Shown: positions 40,000 to 49,571 of the stretch, one piece after another
Numbering within the stretch: the stretch's first letter is position 1
Layout: each line of letters starts with the position of its first letter
Position numbers and translations under genes: made by a program
NCBI GenBank assembly: GCA_963841435.1
Contig: CAWJCS010000002.1
Span: forward strand, 480,001-544,000
Origin: an uncultured delta proteobacterium
GTDB taxonomy: Bacteria; Myxococcota_A; Polyangia; Polyangiales; Polyangiaceae
Direction: 5' to 3'
DNA length: 64,000 bases
The notes under the pieces: generated by a model
What the model was told of the DNA's origin: nothing
Databases searched by the model: none
Seen by the model: the letters and a program-made list of their open reading frames with translations, nothing else

Positions 40000-40536
40000 A
40001 TGCCACAACGAACCACCAAGGAGCGCGCCGCGCGCGACAAGCGGCAGGGAAAAGCCGCGAGCACTCAGGCCGGCGAATTCGTTCGCGAGGAGATACATCA
40101 CGTTCGCGAGGGCAAGCATGGCGCTCGCAGCCCCCAGCAAGCGATCGCCATCGGCCTCTCCAAAGCACGGCGCGCCGGCGTCAAATTGCCTGCTCCCAAG
40201 CGGGGCAGCCGCTCGGCCAAGCGGCGCGCCGAGCGCGAGCTCCAGACCTCTCGTCGGCATCAGTCCTCGCGGCGGCGCTCACGCGCCGTTCGCCGAGCGC
40301 TCGAGCGCGAACCGAGCGAGACGGCGTCCAGCCGTAGGCTGTCGCGTCAGGCGAAGGCCGCCGCCGCTCGGCGCAGCCCGAGCAATCGCTCCCGTGCAGC
40401 GACTCGCGGCGCTCGGACCAAGGGGCCGGCGGGGCGTCGTCAAGCCGCCAGGAAGGCGGCGCGAACCAAGGGGGCATCCGGTCGGCGGCAGGCGGCGCGG
40501 AAGGCAGCGAGGACCCGCAAGCGGACCGCCAAGTAG
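40000..40536 (+). CDS. DUF6496-like basic, putative DNA-binding protein
   Basis: GEFVREEIHHVREGKHGARSPQQAIAIGLSKARRAGV; AARKAART repeats. Confidence 0.8.
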   Translation: MPQRTTKERAARDKRQGKAASTQAGEFVREEIHHVREGKHGARSPQQAIAIGLSKARRAGVKLPAPKRGSRSAKRRAERELQTSRRHQSSRRRSRAVRRALEREPSETASSRRLSRQAKAAAARRSPSNRSRAATRGARTKGPAGRRQAARKAARTKGASGRRQAARKAARTRKRTAK

Positions 40537-41059
40537 TCGCGCGAGGCGGCGGGCAGCGGCTTATGCTCCGCCGCCGGCCGCGGCTTCCGACCAGGAGCGC
40601 GTCGCGCTCAGCGAGCATGACCCGCATGGTCTTCGTGAAGAGCTCGACGCACCTGGCCCGCTAGCATGAATCCCCCGCGCGCACCCCCAGACCAATCCCG
40701 CCAGTCTCGACTGCGGCGGCATTGACCTGAGCAAGGGAACGAGCTGGATCTCCCTCACTTGCACGGGGGCCGCGCTCTTCGTCTGCGAATCGCCGTAACG
40801 AGAGCGCGCCTGCGCGTCGATGCCTTGGCCTGCTGCAGGCCGGGAAAGTCCTCCGAGCAACTGGCCGCACCTTCGGGCCGGAGGCGGACGACGCTCCGCG
40901 GCCCCGGGGCGATTCACGGTGCCGCCGACGAAAAGGCCAGTCGAGCGGATGGCCGTGAGGCCGAGCTCGTCGCTGGTCGCTCGTGGGGTCGCGGCAAAGC
41001 GGTCGTTGACGGAGATGACCTCGGTGTGAGCCCGCGTCGAGCAGCGAGCAGGTCCAGTG

Positions 41060-41668
41060 CTAACCGTCCGCGCAGGTGCAACCGCCAGTGAGGTAACCGC
41101 TCAGGTAACCCGCGTTGATGCAGCAGACGGCGCAGGCATTGAGCGAGGTCGGGGCGCTGCCGGATGCGCACACACTGGCGTTCGATCGGTGCAGGCAGGT
41201 ACACGAAGCGGCTACGTTGGGGTTGAAGCGGCCTCCCGAGTAGCTCGCCGCGTTGCAACAGGCAAAGCAGTCGTCGGCCGAGGTGCCCGAGGCGCACACG
41301 CTCGCCCCGCTGCCGTCCACCGGCATGCCGCAAGCGCACTTGCCGTCGAAGAACGCGTCGTTCTCGAAGTCGAGCGTTGCGCAGCAAGTGAAACAGTCAC
41401 CCTGCATCTCGTCCGTGCCGTCGTCGAGCACGCTCGCGCACACGTCGAGGTCGACCGTCGGCGGCGGATTGACGACGAGGTTGCCGGCGAAGGCGCCCGC
41501 GCCCGCGGCGCCGGCGAGCACCACGGTGCCCCCGGCACCCCCCACGCCCGCCGACCCGGAAGCGCCACCGCTCAGGGAGCCGCCGCGGTTGTCCGGCTTC
41601 GAGTCGCTGCAGGCAGCGAGCAGCACGGCGCCTGCGACGACCAGCCCGCGAGCGTGCCTTCGTCCCAT
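41060..41668 (-). CDS. Cys-rich lipoprotein with Gly-rich linker
   Basis: LAAC; three C..CC...C.C modules. Confidence 0.75.
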   Translation of the reverse strand: MGRRHARGLVVAGAVLLAACSDSKPDNRGGSLSGGASGSAGVGGAGGTVVLAGAAGAGAFAGNLVVNPPPTVDLDVCASVLDDGTDEMQGDCFTCCATLDFENDAFFDGKCACGMPVDGSGASVCASGTSADDCFACCNAASYSGGRFNPNVAASCTCLHRSNASVCASGSAPTSLNACAVCCINAGYLSGYLTGGCTCADG

Positions 41669-41674
41669 CGGGCG

Positions 41675-41935
41675 ATGGTACCCGACCGGGCCGCCCGGCG
41701 CCAAAGTTCGCCCGCAGCGCTGCTCGTCGAGCTGATCGGGAACTCCACGGCACTCGCTGCTTGGAGGGACATCACGCCCTTGGCGCGCAACGAGTTCATC
41801 TGCTGGGTCGAGGATGCGAAGCAAGAGATGACGCGAAGGCGCCGCATTCGCAGGACCCAGGAGGAGCTGGAAGAAGGCCAGCGCCGGCCCTGCTGCTGGC
41901 CTGGGTGCAAGCACCGCGAGCGCACGGGTGGGTGA
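41675..41935 (+). pseudogene. YdeI/OmpD-associated family protein, 5' end likely replaced
   Basis: AWRDITPLARNEFICWVEDAKQ..TR.RRI....EEL..G.RRPCCWPGC; back-to-back with the 41668 start, leaving no promoter space. Confidence 0.7.
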
Positions 41936-42103
41936 GTTCGGGGTTTATGGTCGCGCGGGGGCGATTCGCACGCGACCAGAGTGGGCCGCAGCATTGGCCG
42001 GGGTCGTGCCAAGAGGTCGCCTTCACCGGTGTGCGAGCCGCGGAGTGGGCGCGTACACACGGGGGAAGTCGGCGGAGGGGAGCGGCGTAGTATCCTGTCG
42101 CGC

Positions 42104-43495
42104 ATGAAACTCCAACACTGGTGGGCTCCCTGGGTTTGCGTCGCCTCGTGGGGCCTCGTTGCCTGCGGGGCGAGCTCCAAAGGGTCGGCGTCCGGACAGG
42201 GCGGTGCCGGCGGCAGCTCCAACGCGGGCGCAGGGGCGGGCGGTGTGACCGCAACGGGCGGCAGCGCCGGGTCGAGCGGCGGGGCGGGACGCGGAGGATC
42301 TGGCGGGACAGCCGGCATCGAGATCGGCGTGGGTGGAAGCTCAGGGAGCTCCGGAGTGAGCGACTGCTTCGAGCCGAGCGGCGCGCCAGGAACGCTCGAT
42401 GCGACCTTCGGCGACGGCGGAACTTCGAGGGTCCAGAACCCCGACAGCCAAGACGGGCAGATCCTCCAAGACCTCGCCGCCGACGGCGAGGGGAGGCTCT
42501 TGGTGCTCGGGCTGGACCACGCGGAGATGGTCCTCTACCGGCTCGACGCCGACGGCTCGCTCGATACGAGCTTCGGCACCGACGGATTCGTGATTGCGGC
42601 CACGGACACTGGCAACGTGCTCGCTCTCGACGCTGACGGCAACGTGCTCGCGGGCGGCTCGGACGGCTCCGACGCGTGGGTCCAGCGCTTCACGCGCGAC
42701 GGCACCCCGGACCCGACGTTCGGCGATGCCGGTCGCGTGACGCTCGATTTCGGCACCGGCAACGACCGCATGCTGGCCGTGCTCGTGCAAAGCAACGGTT
42801 CGATCGTCGCTGCCGGTTCGAGCGACACGAATGGCCCGGAGACCGCCACGTTCGTCGTGTCCCTGGCTCCGGACGGTACCCCGCTCACCGATTCGGGTTC
42901 CGTGGGGCCGCTACGGCCGTCGGACCGCCGCTATTACCCCGTGGCGCTCGCGGAGCTACCGGATCACGCGCTGCTCGTGCTCGGCTCCTCGTCTCCTTCG
43001 AGCGGCGGCGCCGGCTACCCGTTTTTGGCGAAGCTCGGTGCCGACGGGGCTTTGGCGACAGACTTCGGCGATGGCGGCATCCTCGAGCTCGGCGACACGG
43101 TCGGCCCCGTCGTTGGGATCGGGCGCGGAGCGGACGGCTCGGTTCTGAGCTTTCAGTTCGGGCCAAAGCTCGCTCTGTTCGCCTACGACGATTCGGGAGA
43201 AAAGACTCCGTTCTCCGCAGTAAGCCCCGTGTCCCCCCTCGGTGTGACGCTCGACTGCGCCGGCAACGTCTTGGTCGCCGGCACCCTCACGAACAACGAC
43301 CTCAACGCCGGTGGCCTCGAGCGCTTCAGCCCATCCGGCACGACCGACCTCACGTTCGGCGACAACGGGATCGCCAGGTACGAAGTGGACGGAGCGCACG
43401 CCGCGCTCGAACGCGTGGTCGTGCTTCCGAGCGGCGCCATCGTCGCCGGCGGCTCCACGCAGGGCAGCTTCGTCGTTCAGCGCTACTTGCCCTGA
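42104..43495 (+). CDS. Delta-60 repeat (DUF5122) beta-propeller lipoprotein
   Basis: LVAC, Gly linker; repeats RLDADGSLDTSFGTDG, RFTRDGTPDPTFGDAG. Confidence 0.88.
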   Translation: MKLQHWWAPWVCVASWGLVACGASSKGSASGQGGAGGSSNAGAGAGGVTATGGSAGSSGGAGRGGSGGTAGIEIGVGGSSGSSGVSDCFEPSGAPGTLDATFGDGGTSRVQNPDSQDGQILQDLAADGEGRLLVLGLDHAEMVLYRLDADGSLDTSFGTDGFVIAATDTGNVLALDADGNVLAGGSDGSDAWVQRFTRDGTPDPTFGDAGRVTLDFGTGNDRMLAVLVQSNGSIVAAGSSDTNGPETATFVVSLAPDGTPLTDSGSVGPLRPSDRRYYPVALAELPDHALLVLGSSSPSSGGAGYPFLAKLGADGALATDFGDGGILELGDTVGPVVGIGRGADGSVLSFQFGPKLALFAYDDSGEKTPFSAVSPVSPLGVTLDCAGNVLVAGTLTNNDLNAGGLERFSPSGTTDLTFGDNGIARYEVDGAHAALERVVVLPSGAIVAGGSTQGSFVVQRYLP

Positions 43496-43544
43496 GGCCT
43501 TCGCCCCGCTCCCTCACCAGGGTAGTCGGGTGGACTCCGCAAAT

Positions 43545-43566
43545 CTGCCACACCCGGGTGTGGCAG
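43545..43566. repeat. Perfect 22-bp palindrome
   Basis: CTGCCACACCCGGGTGTGGCAG, intergenic. Confidence 0.9.
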
Positions 43567-43658
43567 GTTGGCACCGGTCAATCGCGGTGCCGAGACAGGA
43601 CGAGAAGTGCGCGCGAGCTAGTGTAGGCTCTCCGCTGGGCGACGGATAGGTCACCAGG

Positions 43659-46571
43659 ATGCCGACAGCTTTCATCGCAAACCGGGCGGGAGGCGGCGGT
43701 GACCAGACCGTTCGAGCGCGCGCATCGTGGCGCGGCTTGGCGCTGACGCTCGGCTCGCTTCTGATCATCACGGCGCTCAAGCTCTTTTTCTACGACTACA
43801 TTGGCGAGGCAACCCCCTTTCTCCTCTACTTTGCCTCGATCCTGGTCGCCGCATGGTACGGCGGCATGCCGGGGGGCTTGGCGACGACCGCGCTCACGGC
43901 GCTGCTCGGCGCCTACTTCTTCCTCCCTCCGCTCAGCAGCGTCGGTGTTCCAGATGTCCCGACGACCATCCGGCTGCTCGTCTTCTTCGCCGAGGGCGCG
44001 GTCATCAGCGCCATCACCACCCGGTTGCGCGCCACGCAGCATCATGCGGCTGCGGCGCAAGCGAGCGCCGAGAGCACCCTCGCGAAGCTCGAGGGCATTC
44101 TCAAGGGCGTGGACGAGGGGATCACCGTGCAGGACGAAGCGGGGCGACTCATCTACGCGAACCGCGCGGCAGCCGCGCTGACTGGGTTTGCCTCGGCGGA
44201 AGAGCTGCTCTCGGCTCCCGTTCTCGACATCATGCAGCGCTTCGAGATGCTGACACCCGGCGGTGATCCGTTTCCCGTGGCCGAGCTTCCGGGGCGGCGA
44301 ACGCTCGCTGGCTTGCCTTCGGAGGAGCGAGTGGTTCGGTTCCGCATTTGCGCGACCGGCCAGGAAAGCTGGGCGCTCGTGCGTGCCAACGCTCTCGATA
44401 TCCCCGGCAGCGATCTGCGCCACGCCGTCAACGTGTTTCAGGACGTGACCGAAGCTCGCCGGCAAGAAGCGCAGCTCAGGGTCAGCGAGCAATGGCTGAC
44501 GACGACGCTGCAGAGCATCGGCGACGCCGTGATCGCAACCGACGAGCAGAGCGCGGTGACCTTCCTCAACCGGGTAGCAGAAGAGCTGACGGGTTGGGAT
44601 GCCGACTCGGCGCGGGGCAAACCGCTCGCCGAGGTTTTTCGCATCGTCAACGAGGGGACGCGGCTCCCGGTGGAAAGCCCCGTCGAACGGGTCCTGCGCG
44701 AGGGCACGGTCGTGGGACTGGCGAATCACACCGTGCTCATCTCGCGCAAGGGCACCGAATGTTCGATCGATGATAGCGCTGCTCCGATTCGCACGCCTCA
44801 GGGGCGAACCGTGGGGACGGTGTTGGTGTTTCGCGACGTATCGCAGAGGCGCATCGAGGAGCGCCGCCGTCTTTTCATTGCTCGCGCCGCGGCCGAGCTC
44901 GCGTCGTCGCTCGATTACGAAAAGACGCTCGCGACCGTGGCGCGGATGGCCGTACCGGCCGTCGGCGACTGGTGCGCGGTCGATATGGTCGAAGGGGGCG
45001 CGTTGCGACGGCTCGCCGTGGCGCACGTCGATCCCGAGAAGATCGCGCTCGTCTACGAGCTCGAGCGGCGCTATCCACAGGATCCGTCGAGCGCCGGGGG
45101 AGTCTACGAAGTTCTGCGCACTGGAAAGCCGGTCTTCGCTCCGGAGATCCCGGAAGCCGCGTTGGCGTCCGCCGCTCGAGACGCCGAGCATCTGCGCTTG
45201 ATCCGCGCGCTCGAGCTCCGCTCCTTCATCGCCGTGCCGCTCGTCACGGACGCGCGGACCTTCGGAGTGCTGACGCTCGCAATGGCCGAGTCGGGGCGAG
45301 CCCATGCACAGGAGGATCTGGACTTCGCAACGGCGCTGGCGGACCGCGCGGCGCTGGCGGTCAACCACGCCAAGCTCTACGCCGCAGCCACCGAGGCGCG
45401 GCATGAAGCGGAGCACGCCAGCCGAGTGAAGGACGAGTTCTTGGCGATGCTGAGCCACGAGCTCAGAAATCCGCTCGCCCCGATCCTCACGACCCTCGGG
45501 CTCATGAAGCTTCGGGCGCCCGAGACGTTCGCCGAGGAGCGCGCGCTGCTGGAGCGACAGGTCAAGCATCTCGTCACGCTCGTGGACGACCTGCTCGACG
45601 TGGCCCGCATCACGCAGCAAAAAATGGAGCTGACACGCGAGAGCGTCGACCTGGGAGACACGCTCGAGAAGGCGCTCGAGTTGGCGGGCCCTCTCATCGA
45701 GGAACGTCGCCACGAGGTCGTGACCGAGCTCGCGCGAGGACTGCTCGTTTGGGGCGACGCGCTGAGGCTCGCGCAGGTCTTCACGAACCTCCTGACCAAC
45801 GCCGCCAAGTACACCCGGCCCGGCGGGCGCATCGAGGTCCGCGGCAAGCGCGAGGGTGAACAGATCGTCATCCGCGTGCGCGACAACGGTGACGGGATCG
45901 CGAAAGCGATTCTGCCGCGGGTCTTCGACCTGTTCATGCAGAGCGACCAGTCTCTGGACCGCGCCATGGGTGGGCTCGGCCTCGGTCTGACGCTGGTCCG
46001 CACCGTGGTCGAGCTGCACGGTGGTCGCGTGACCGCGGAAAGCGCGGGACCGGGGCTAGGTAGCGAATTTGCCGTAGTGCTGCCGGCTCTGCCCGCATCA
46101 CTAGAGGTCGCGGCACCGTCGCCATCGGCCCCGAGAGCCGCGCGCCTCGACCCCGATGGGGTCGGCGTGCTCGTCGTCAACGACAACGAGGACGCGCTCG
46201 AGGTTCTTTGCACGGCACTCGAGCTCCTGGGGTTTCGCTCCTACGCCGCTTCGGACGCTGCCGAGGCACTCGGCTTGGTCGAAGCCGTCAAACCGTCCTT
46301 TGCGCTCGTCAACATCGGCCTTCCGGTGATGGACGGCTATGAGCTGGCGGGAAAGTTGCGCCGGACGGACGGGCTCGAGCGGCTCAAGCTCGTCGCGGTT
46401 ACCGGCTACGGGCAGCAGGCCGACAAGGAGCGTGCGCGCGCCGCCGGCTTCGACGAACACCTAGTCAAGCCGATCTCGCTCGAGGAGGTCGAGAGCGTGC
46501 TCGCGCGCCTGGGATCGGCGGCTGGCTCGTCGGATCGGCGCGGCGCTCCGGCTCGGGAGCACGAGAAGTGA
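43659..46571 (+). CDS. Hybrid sensor histidine kinase (DUF4118-PAS-PAS-GAF-HisKA-HATPase-REC)
   Basis: TM bundle, SIGDAVIATD PAS, DWCAVD GAF, LSHELRNPL, NLLTNAAKYT, DNGDG, GLGLGL, receiver ending KP. Confidence 0.95.
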   Translation: MPTAFIANRAGGGGDQTVRARASWRGLALTLGSLLIITALKLFFYDYIGEATPFLLYFASILVAAWYGGMPGGLATTALTALLGAYFFLPPLSSVGVPDVPTTIRLLVFFAEGAVISAITTRLRATQHHAAAAQASAESTLAKLEGILKGVDEGITVQDEAGRLIYANRAAAALTGFASAEELLSAPVLDIMQRFEMLTPGGDPFPVAELPGRRTLAGLPSEERVVRFRICATGQESWALVRANALDIPGSDLRHAVNVFQDVTEARRQEAQLRVSEQWLTTTLQSIGDAVIATDEQSAVTFLNRVAEELTGWDADSARGKPLAEVFRIVNEGTRLPVESPVERVLREGTVVGLANHTVLISRKGTECSIDDSAAPIRTPQGRTVGTVLVFRDVSQRRIEERRRLFIARAAAELASSLDYEKTLATVARMAVPAVGDWCAVDMVEGGALRRLAVAHVDPEKIALVYELERRYPQDPSSAGGVYEVLRTGKPVFAPEIPEAALASAARDAEHLRLIRALELRSFIAVPLVTDARTFGVLTLAMAESGRAHAQEDLDFATALADRAALAVNHAKLYAAATEARHEAEHASRVKDEFLAMLSHELRNPLAPILTTLGLMKLRAPETFAEERALLERQVKHLVTLVDDLLDVARITQQKMELTRESVDLGDTLEKALELAGPLIEERRHEVVTELARGLLVWGDALRLAQVFTNLLTNAAKYTRPGGRIEVRGKREGEQIVIRVRDNGDGIAKAILPRVFDLFMQSDQSLDRAMGGLGLGLTLVRTVVELHGGRVTAESAGPGLGSEFAVVLPALPASLEVAAPSPSAPRAARLDPDGVGVLVVNDNEDALEVLCTALELLGFRSYAASDAAEALGLVEAVKPSFALVNIGLPVMDGYELAGKLRRTDGLERLKLVAVTGYGQQADKERARAAGFDEHLVKPISLEEVESVLARLGSAAGSSDRRGAPAREHEK

Positions 46572-46646
46572 CGCCATGAGCTCGGCGCTCATCCACCGCC
46601 GATAGCGACCTCTTCGCACGATGGGGTTCTCGCAGGCTTGCAGGGA

Positions 46647-46739
46647 CTCGAACAGTGTCAGGCGGAGCTGCTGTTGGATCGGCTGAGCACCCCCAACGTC
46701 TACGTCTTCGACAACGACGGCGCCGCCGGGTGCCCTTGA
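46647..46739 (+). pseudogene. C-terminal shard resembling the end of a receptor-L-domain lipoprotein
   Basis: LEQCQAELLLDRL..DNDGAAGCP* parallels LPQCEVDAIDAR..GNDDTAACP* of the 49572 gene. Confidence 0.45.
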
Positions 46740-46919
46740 CTCGTAGCCGTACTTTTCCTGCCCGGTAGCATCGACGGGTGCCGCGCTTCACGCTCGAGCG
46801 AATTCGCCAGCCCAAGCGGAAATGAGGCAGCGATTCGCTGCTTGCGCGAAGGTGACTGCCGAGGCAGGTATCAGGTTACCTTATACGTGTTGTTGCCTAG
46901 CTCAATTGGAGGTACGCCC

Positions 46920-48140
46920 ATGACGGCGAGAAATCTCGCAGGCTGGTGCTCGTCGATCATCGCGGTCGCTTGGTCGCTCGCCGCCTGTGGAGGCACCGAG
47001 CCGACGGCCGATCCAGTTGGGACCGGCGGGGGCGCCACCGGCGGCGCATCGCAGGGCGGGTCCGCCGGCGCGGGCGCGGGCGGTGTGTCCGGCACCGGCG
47101 GCGCCGGCGGCAGCAGCGCAGGGACGGGCGGCGTCGGCACCGGCGGCGCGGGCGCAGCGTCCGGCGCCGGCGGCTCGTCAGCGGCGACAGGGGGATCGTC
47201 CTCCGGCACGGCGGGAAGCGGCGCGGGTGCCGGCGCCGGCGCCGGTGCCGGTGCGCCCGCTGGCGGCTCCGCGAACGGAGGCAGCCAGGGCGGCGGCCGC
47301 GGAGGTCAGGACGGAGGGAGCGCTGGAGCGGCTGCAATGAGCGGCGCCGGCACGGGACCCGGAGGTTCGGCAGGCGGCGGCGCCGGCGGCTCGGGTGGCG
47401 CTGTGCCCGGGATGGGCTGCGGGGCGTCACCCCTGGCGAGTGGTCGCGCGTCGATCAACGTCTCCGGCACCATGCGCGAGTACGTGCTGAAGGTTCCGGA
47501 CGGGTACGACTCGAGCAAGCCCTACAAGCTGATCTTCGCGTGGCACTGGCGCGGCGGTCAGGCGAACGACGTAGTGAGCGGCGGCATCATCGGCGGGCCG
47601 TACTACGGGCTCGAGCAACGCTCCCAGGGCTCGGCCATCTTCGTTGCCCCCGAGGGTATCGACATGGGCTGGGCCAACACGAGCGGGCGCGACATCGCCT
47701 TCCTGAAGGCCATGCTCGACCTGTTCAACTCCAAGCTCTGTATCGACCAGCAGCGCATCTTTTCCACCGGGTTCAGCTACGGCGGCATGATGTCGGATAC
47801 GATCGGCTGCGAGATGGCCGATGTCTTCCGAGCCATCGCGCCCAATTCCGGCGCCCTCTACAGTGGATGCAAGGAGCCGAACGACCACCCGATCGCGGTC
47901 CTGCTGATGCACGGCAACAACGACACGGTCGTGCCGCTCGCCGATGGCCAGGCGGCCCTCGACAAGTTCCTCGGGCGAGATCAATGCGGCTCGACGACGC
48001 ATCCCGTCGACCCGAGCCCCTGTGTCGAATACGAGGGCTGCACGGACGGCTATCCCGTCGTGTACTGCGAATTCTCCGGCGGTCACATGCCATGGAGCTC
48101 TGCGCCGGATACCGTCTGGAAATTCTTCGACCAGTTCTAG
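46920..48140 (+). CDS. Serine esterase (LpqP / CE1 feruloyl esterase-like) lipoprotein with Gly-rich linker
   Basis: GGAGG RBS, LAAC, GMGCG, LCIDQQRIFSTGFSYGG, HGNND, YCEFSGGH. Confidence 0.9.
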   Translation: MTARNLAGWCSSIIAVAWSLAACGGTEPTADPVGTGGGATGGASQGGSAGAGAGGVSGTGGAGGSSAGTGGVGTGGAGAASGAGGSSAATGGSSSGTAGSGAGAGAGAGAGAPAGGSANGGSQGGGRGGQDGGSAGAAAMSGAGTGPGGSAGGGAGGSGGAVPGMGCGASPLASGRASINVSGTMREYVLKVPDGYDSSKPYKLIFAWHWRGGQANDVVSGGIIGGPYYGLEQRSQGSAIFVAPEGIDMGWANTSGRDIAFLKAMLDLFNSKLCIDQQRIFSTGFSYGGMMSDTIGCEMADVFRAIAPNSGALYSGCKEPNDHPIAVLLMHGNNDTVVPLADGQAALDKFLGRDQCGSTTHPVDPSPCVEYEGCTDGYPVVYCEFSGGHMPWSSAPDTVWKFFDQF

Positions 48141-48202
48141 GCGCCATTGGCTCTCATCACGTCGCCACCGGCACTTGAACGCCTAACCTCGCCGCAGCCC
48201 GC

Positions 48203-48736
48203 GTGAAGCTTCGTTGGCCTCCAGTCGCTCGCAGCGGCGGGCGCGAGCTTCCGCGGGCCATCGGCGCCGGAACCGCACTGCGGCGTCTGGCGCCGATTGC
48301 CATCGCCGTGCCCCTGCTCCTCGGCTGCGGCAAAGACGACGAGCCGGGTGTCCTCGGGTCACGGAGCGACGTGAAGACGACGCCTGGCGTCTACGACGGC
48401 TACGAGATCATCGACGAGTGCCAGCTCCCGTCCAACACGTACGGCATCTTGGGCACCGGTTCGAACTGGTACTCCGATGTCGCCCCGGAGGGCGAGGGTA
48501 GGGCCGACGCGGTCGCCGAATTCGCGACGGTCCTGGTGCGGCCGGCGCTGGCGGACGTGAAGTCCGTGGGTGGGGTCGGTCTCGGTAGCTCGTGCACGTT
48601 GAACGCCGGGGCGACTGCGATCATGAACGACTGGCGCGACGTGGACCGAGCGTTCGCTCGGGCCGGCCGGCTCTTGCTCGAGCACCACCTGCGAGAAGAG
48701 ATCACGCTGCGCGTCACCTCCGCCCAAGCCGACTGA
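48203..48736 (+). CDS. Hypothetical lipoprotein
   Basis: LLGC lipobox; natural composition; start uncertain. Confidence 0.6.
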   Translation: MKLRWPPVARSGGRELPRAIGAGTALRRLAPIAIAVPLLLGCGKDDEPGVLGSRSDVKTTPGVYDGYEIIDECQLPSNTYGILGTGSNWYSDVAPEGEGRADAVAEFATVLVRPALADVKSVGGVGLGSSCTLNAGATAIMNDWRDVDRAFARAGRLLLEHHLREEITLRVTSAQAD

Positions 48737-48913
48737 GGCGACCATTCCACGCCCGCCCTCTTCCCAGTTCATTTTTCCCCTGGCGTTCGCGCCAAGGGGT
48801 TTCGCGGTCACGGGGCGGTGCAGGTGTGGCAACTGCTGTCGCCGACGCAGCCGTCGCACGAGCCGGCATCGCAGGCACCCTGATCGCACTCGAAAACGCC
48901 GCGGCGCCCGCGA

Positions 48914-48965
48914 GGGCGTTTGCGGAGTCGCCTCGATGAACCAGGGAGCTTGCGACGATGAATAC
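48914..48965 (+). repeat. Orphan copy of the 29201-29252 leader
   Basis: 50/52 identity; homology stops 8 nt into the ORF start. Confidence 0.9.
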
Positions 48966-49261
48966 CTTCCCGGTTCATCGACCTCAGAGCGCCGGTTTCG
49001 CGAGGCCTCTCTCCTTCTCGACGTTGAGGACCGCCTTGAGCGTGTCGCGCGGCCACCACAGAGCCGCCCTGTCGGGATCCTTCAGAAAGAACTTGTTGAC
49101 CTGAAGCCTTTTCCACGCCTTGGTCGGCATTGGCTTGTACCCGGCGACCAGCGACAGGTAGGCCATCTGCGACGGTGTCAGAGGCGTCGTCGCGTCCGGG
49201 CAGCGTCAACTCATCTGGGAGGCGCCGACTGAGAGCACCATCGGTACCTTCAAAGTACCCG

Positions 49262-49431
49262 CGCGCGGCAAAGCGCCCCGTGCCCATCCCGAACTCGAAC
49301 ACGTGTCGCGCCGACTCGAAGCCTGCATGCGCCACGAGGTCGGCGAGCGCCGCGTCTTCGCAGAACGATTGTGTGCCCTGCCGAGCGCCGAACGAATCGT
49401 AGAAGGATCTGGCGGCGTCGCGCGTCAACAT
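49262..49431 (-). pseudogene. Class I SAM methyltransferase 5' fragment
   Basis: MLTRDAARSFYDSFG...VFEFGMGTGRFAA (motif I), then the sequence switches. Confidence 0.7.
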
Positions 49432-49571
49432 CGTCGATTCCCTTCATGCCGCGGGTTGTCCCACCCGTTGCTGCGGCGACGAAGCATGCCGCCGAGCTCG
49501 AGAGCGCAACGTAGCAGGCTTCGACCCAGCCGCGGGTCTCAGTCGCCAATCGCGCGCAGGTCTCTTGGGAC

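Noticed and set aside
43578-46019. Long antisense ORFs (813 aa here; also 9097-11199, 23198-25228, 21011-22630, 13686-15356 and others)
   Set aside because: Shadow frames of real genes, expected at ~70% GC; Arg/Pro-rich with no motifs
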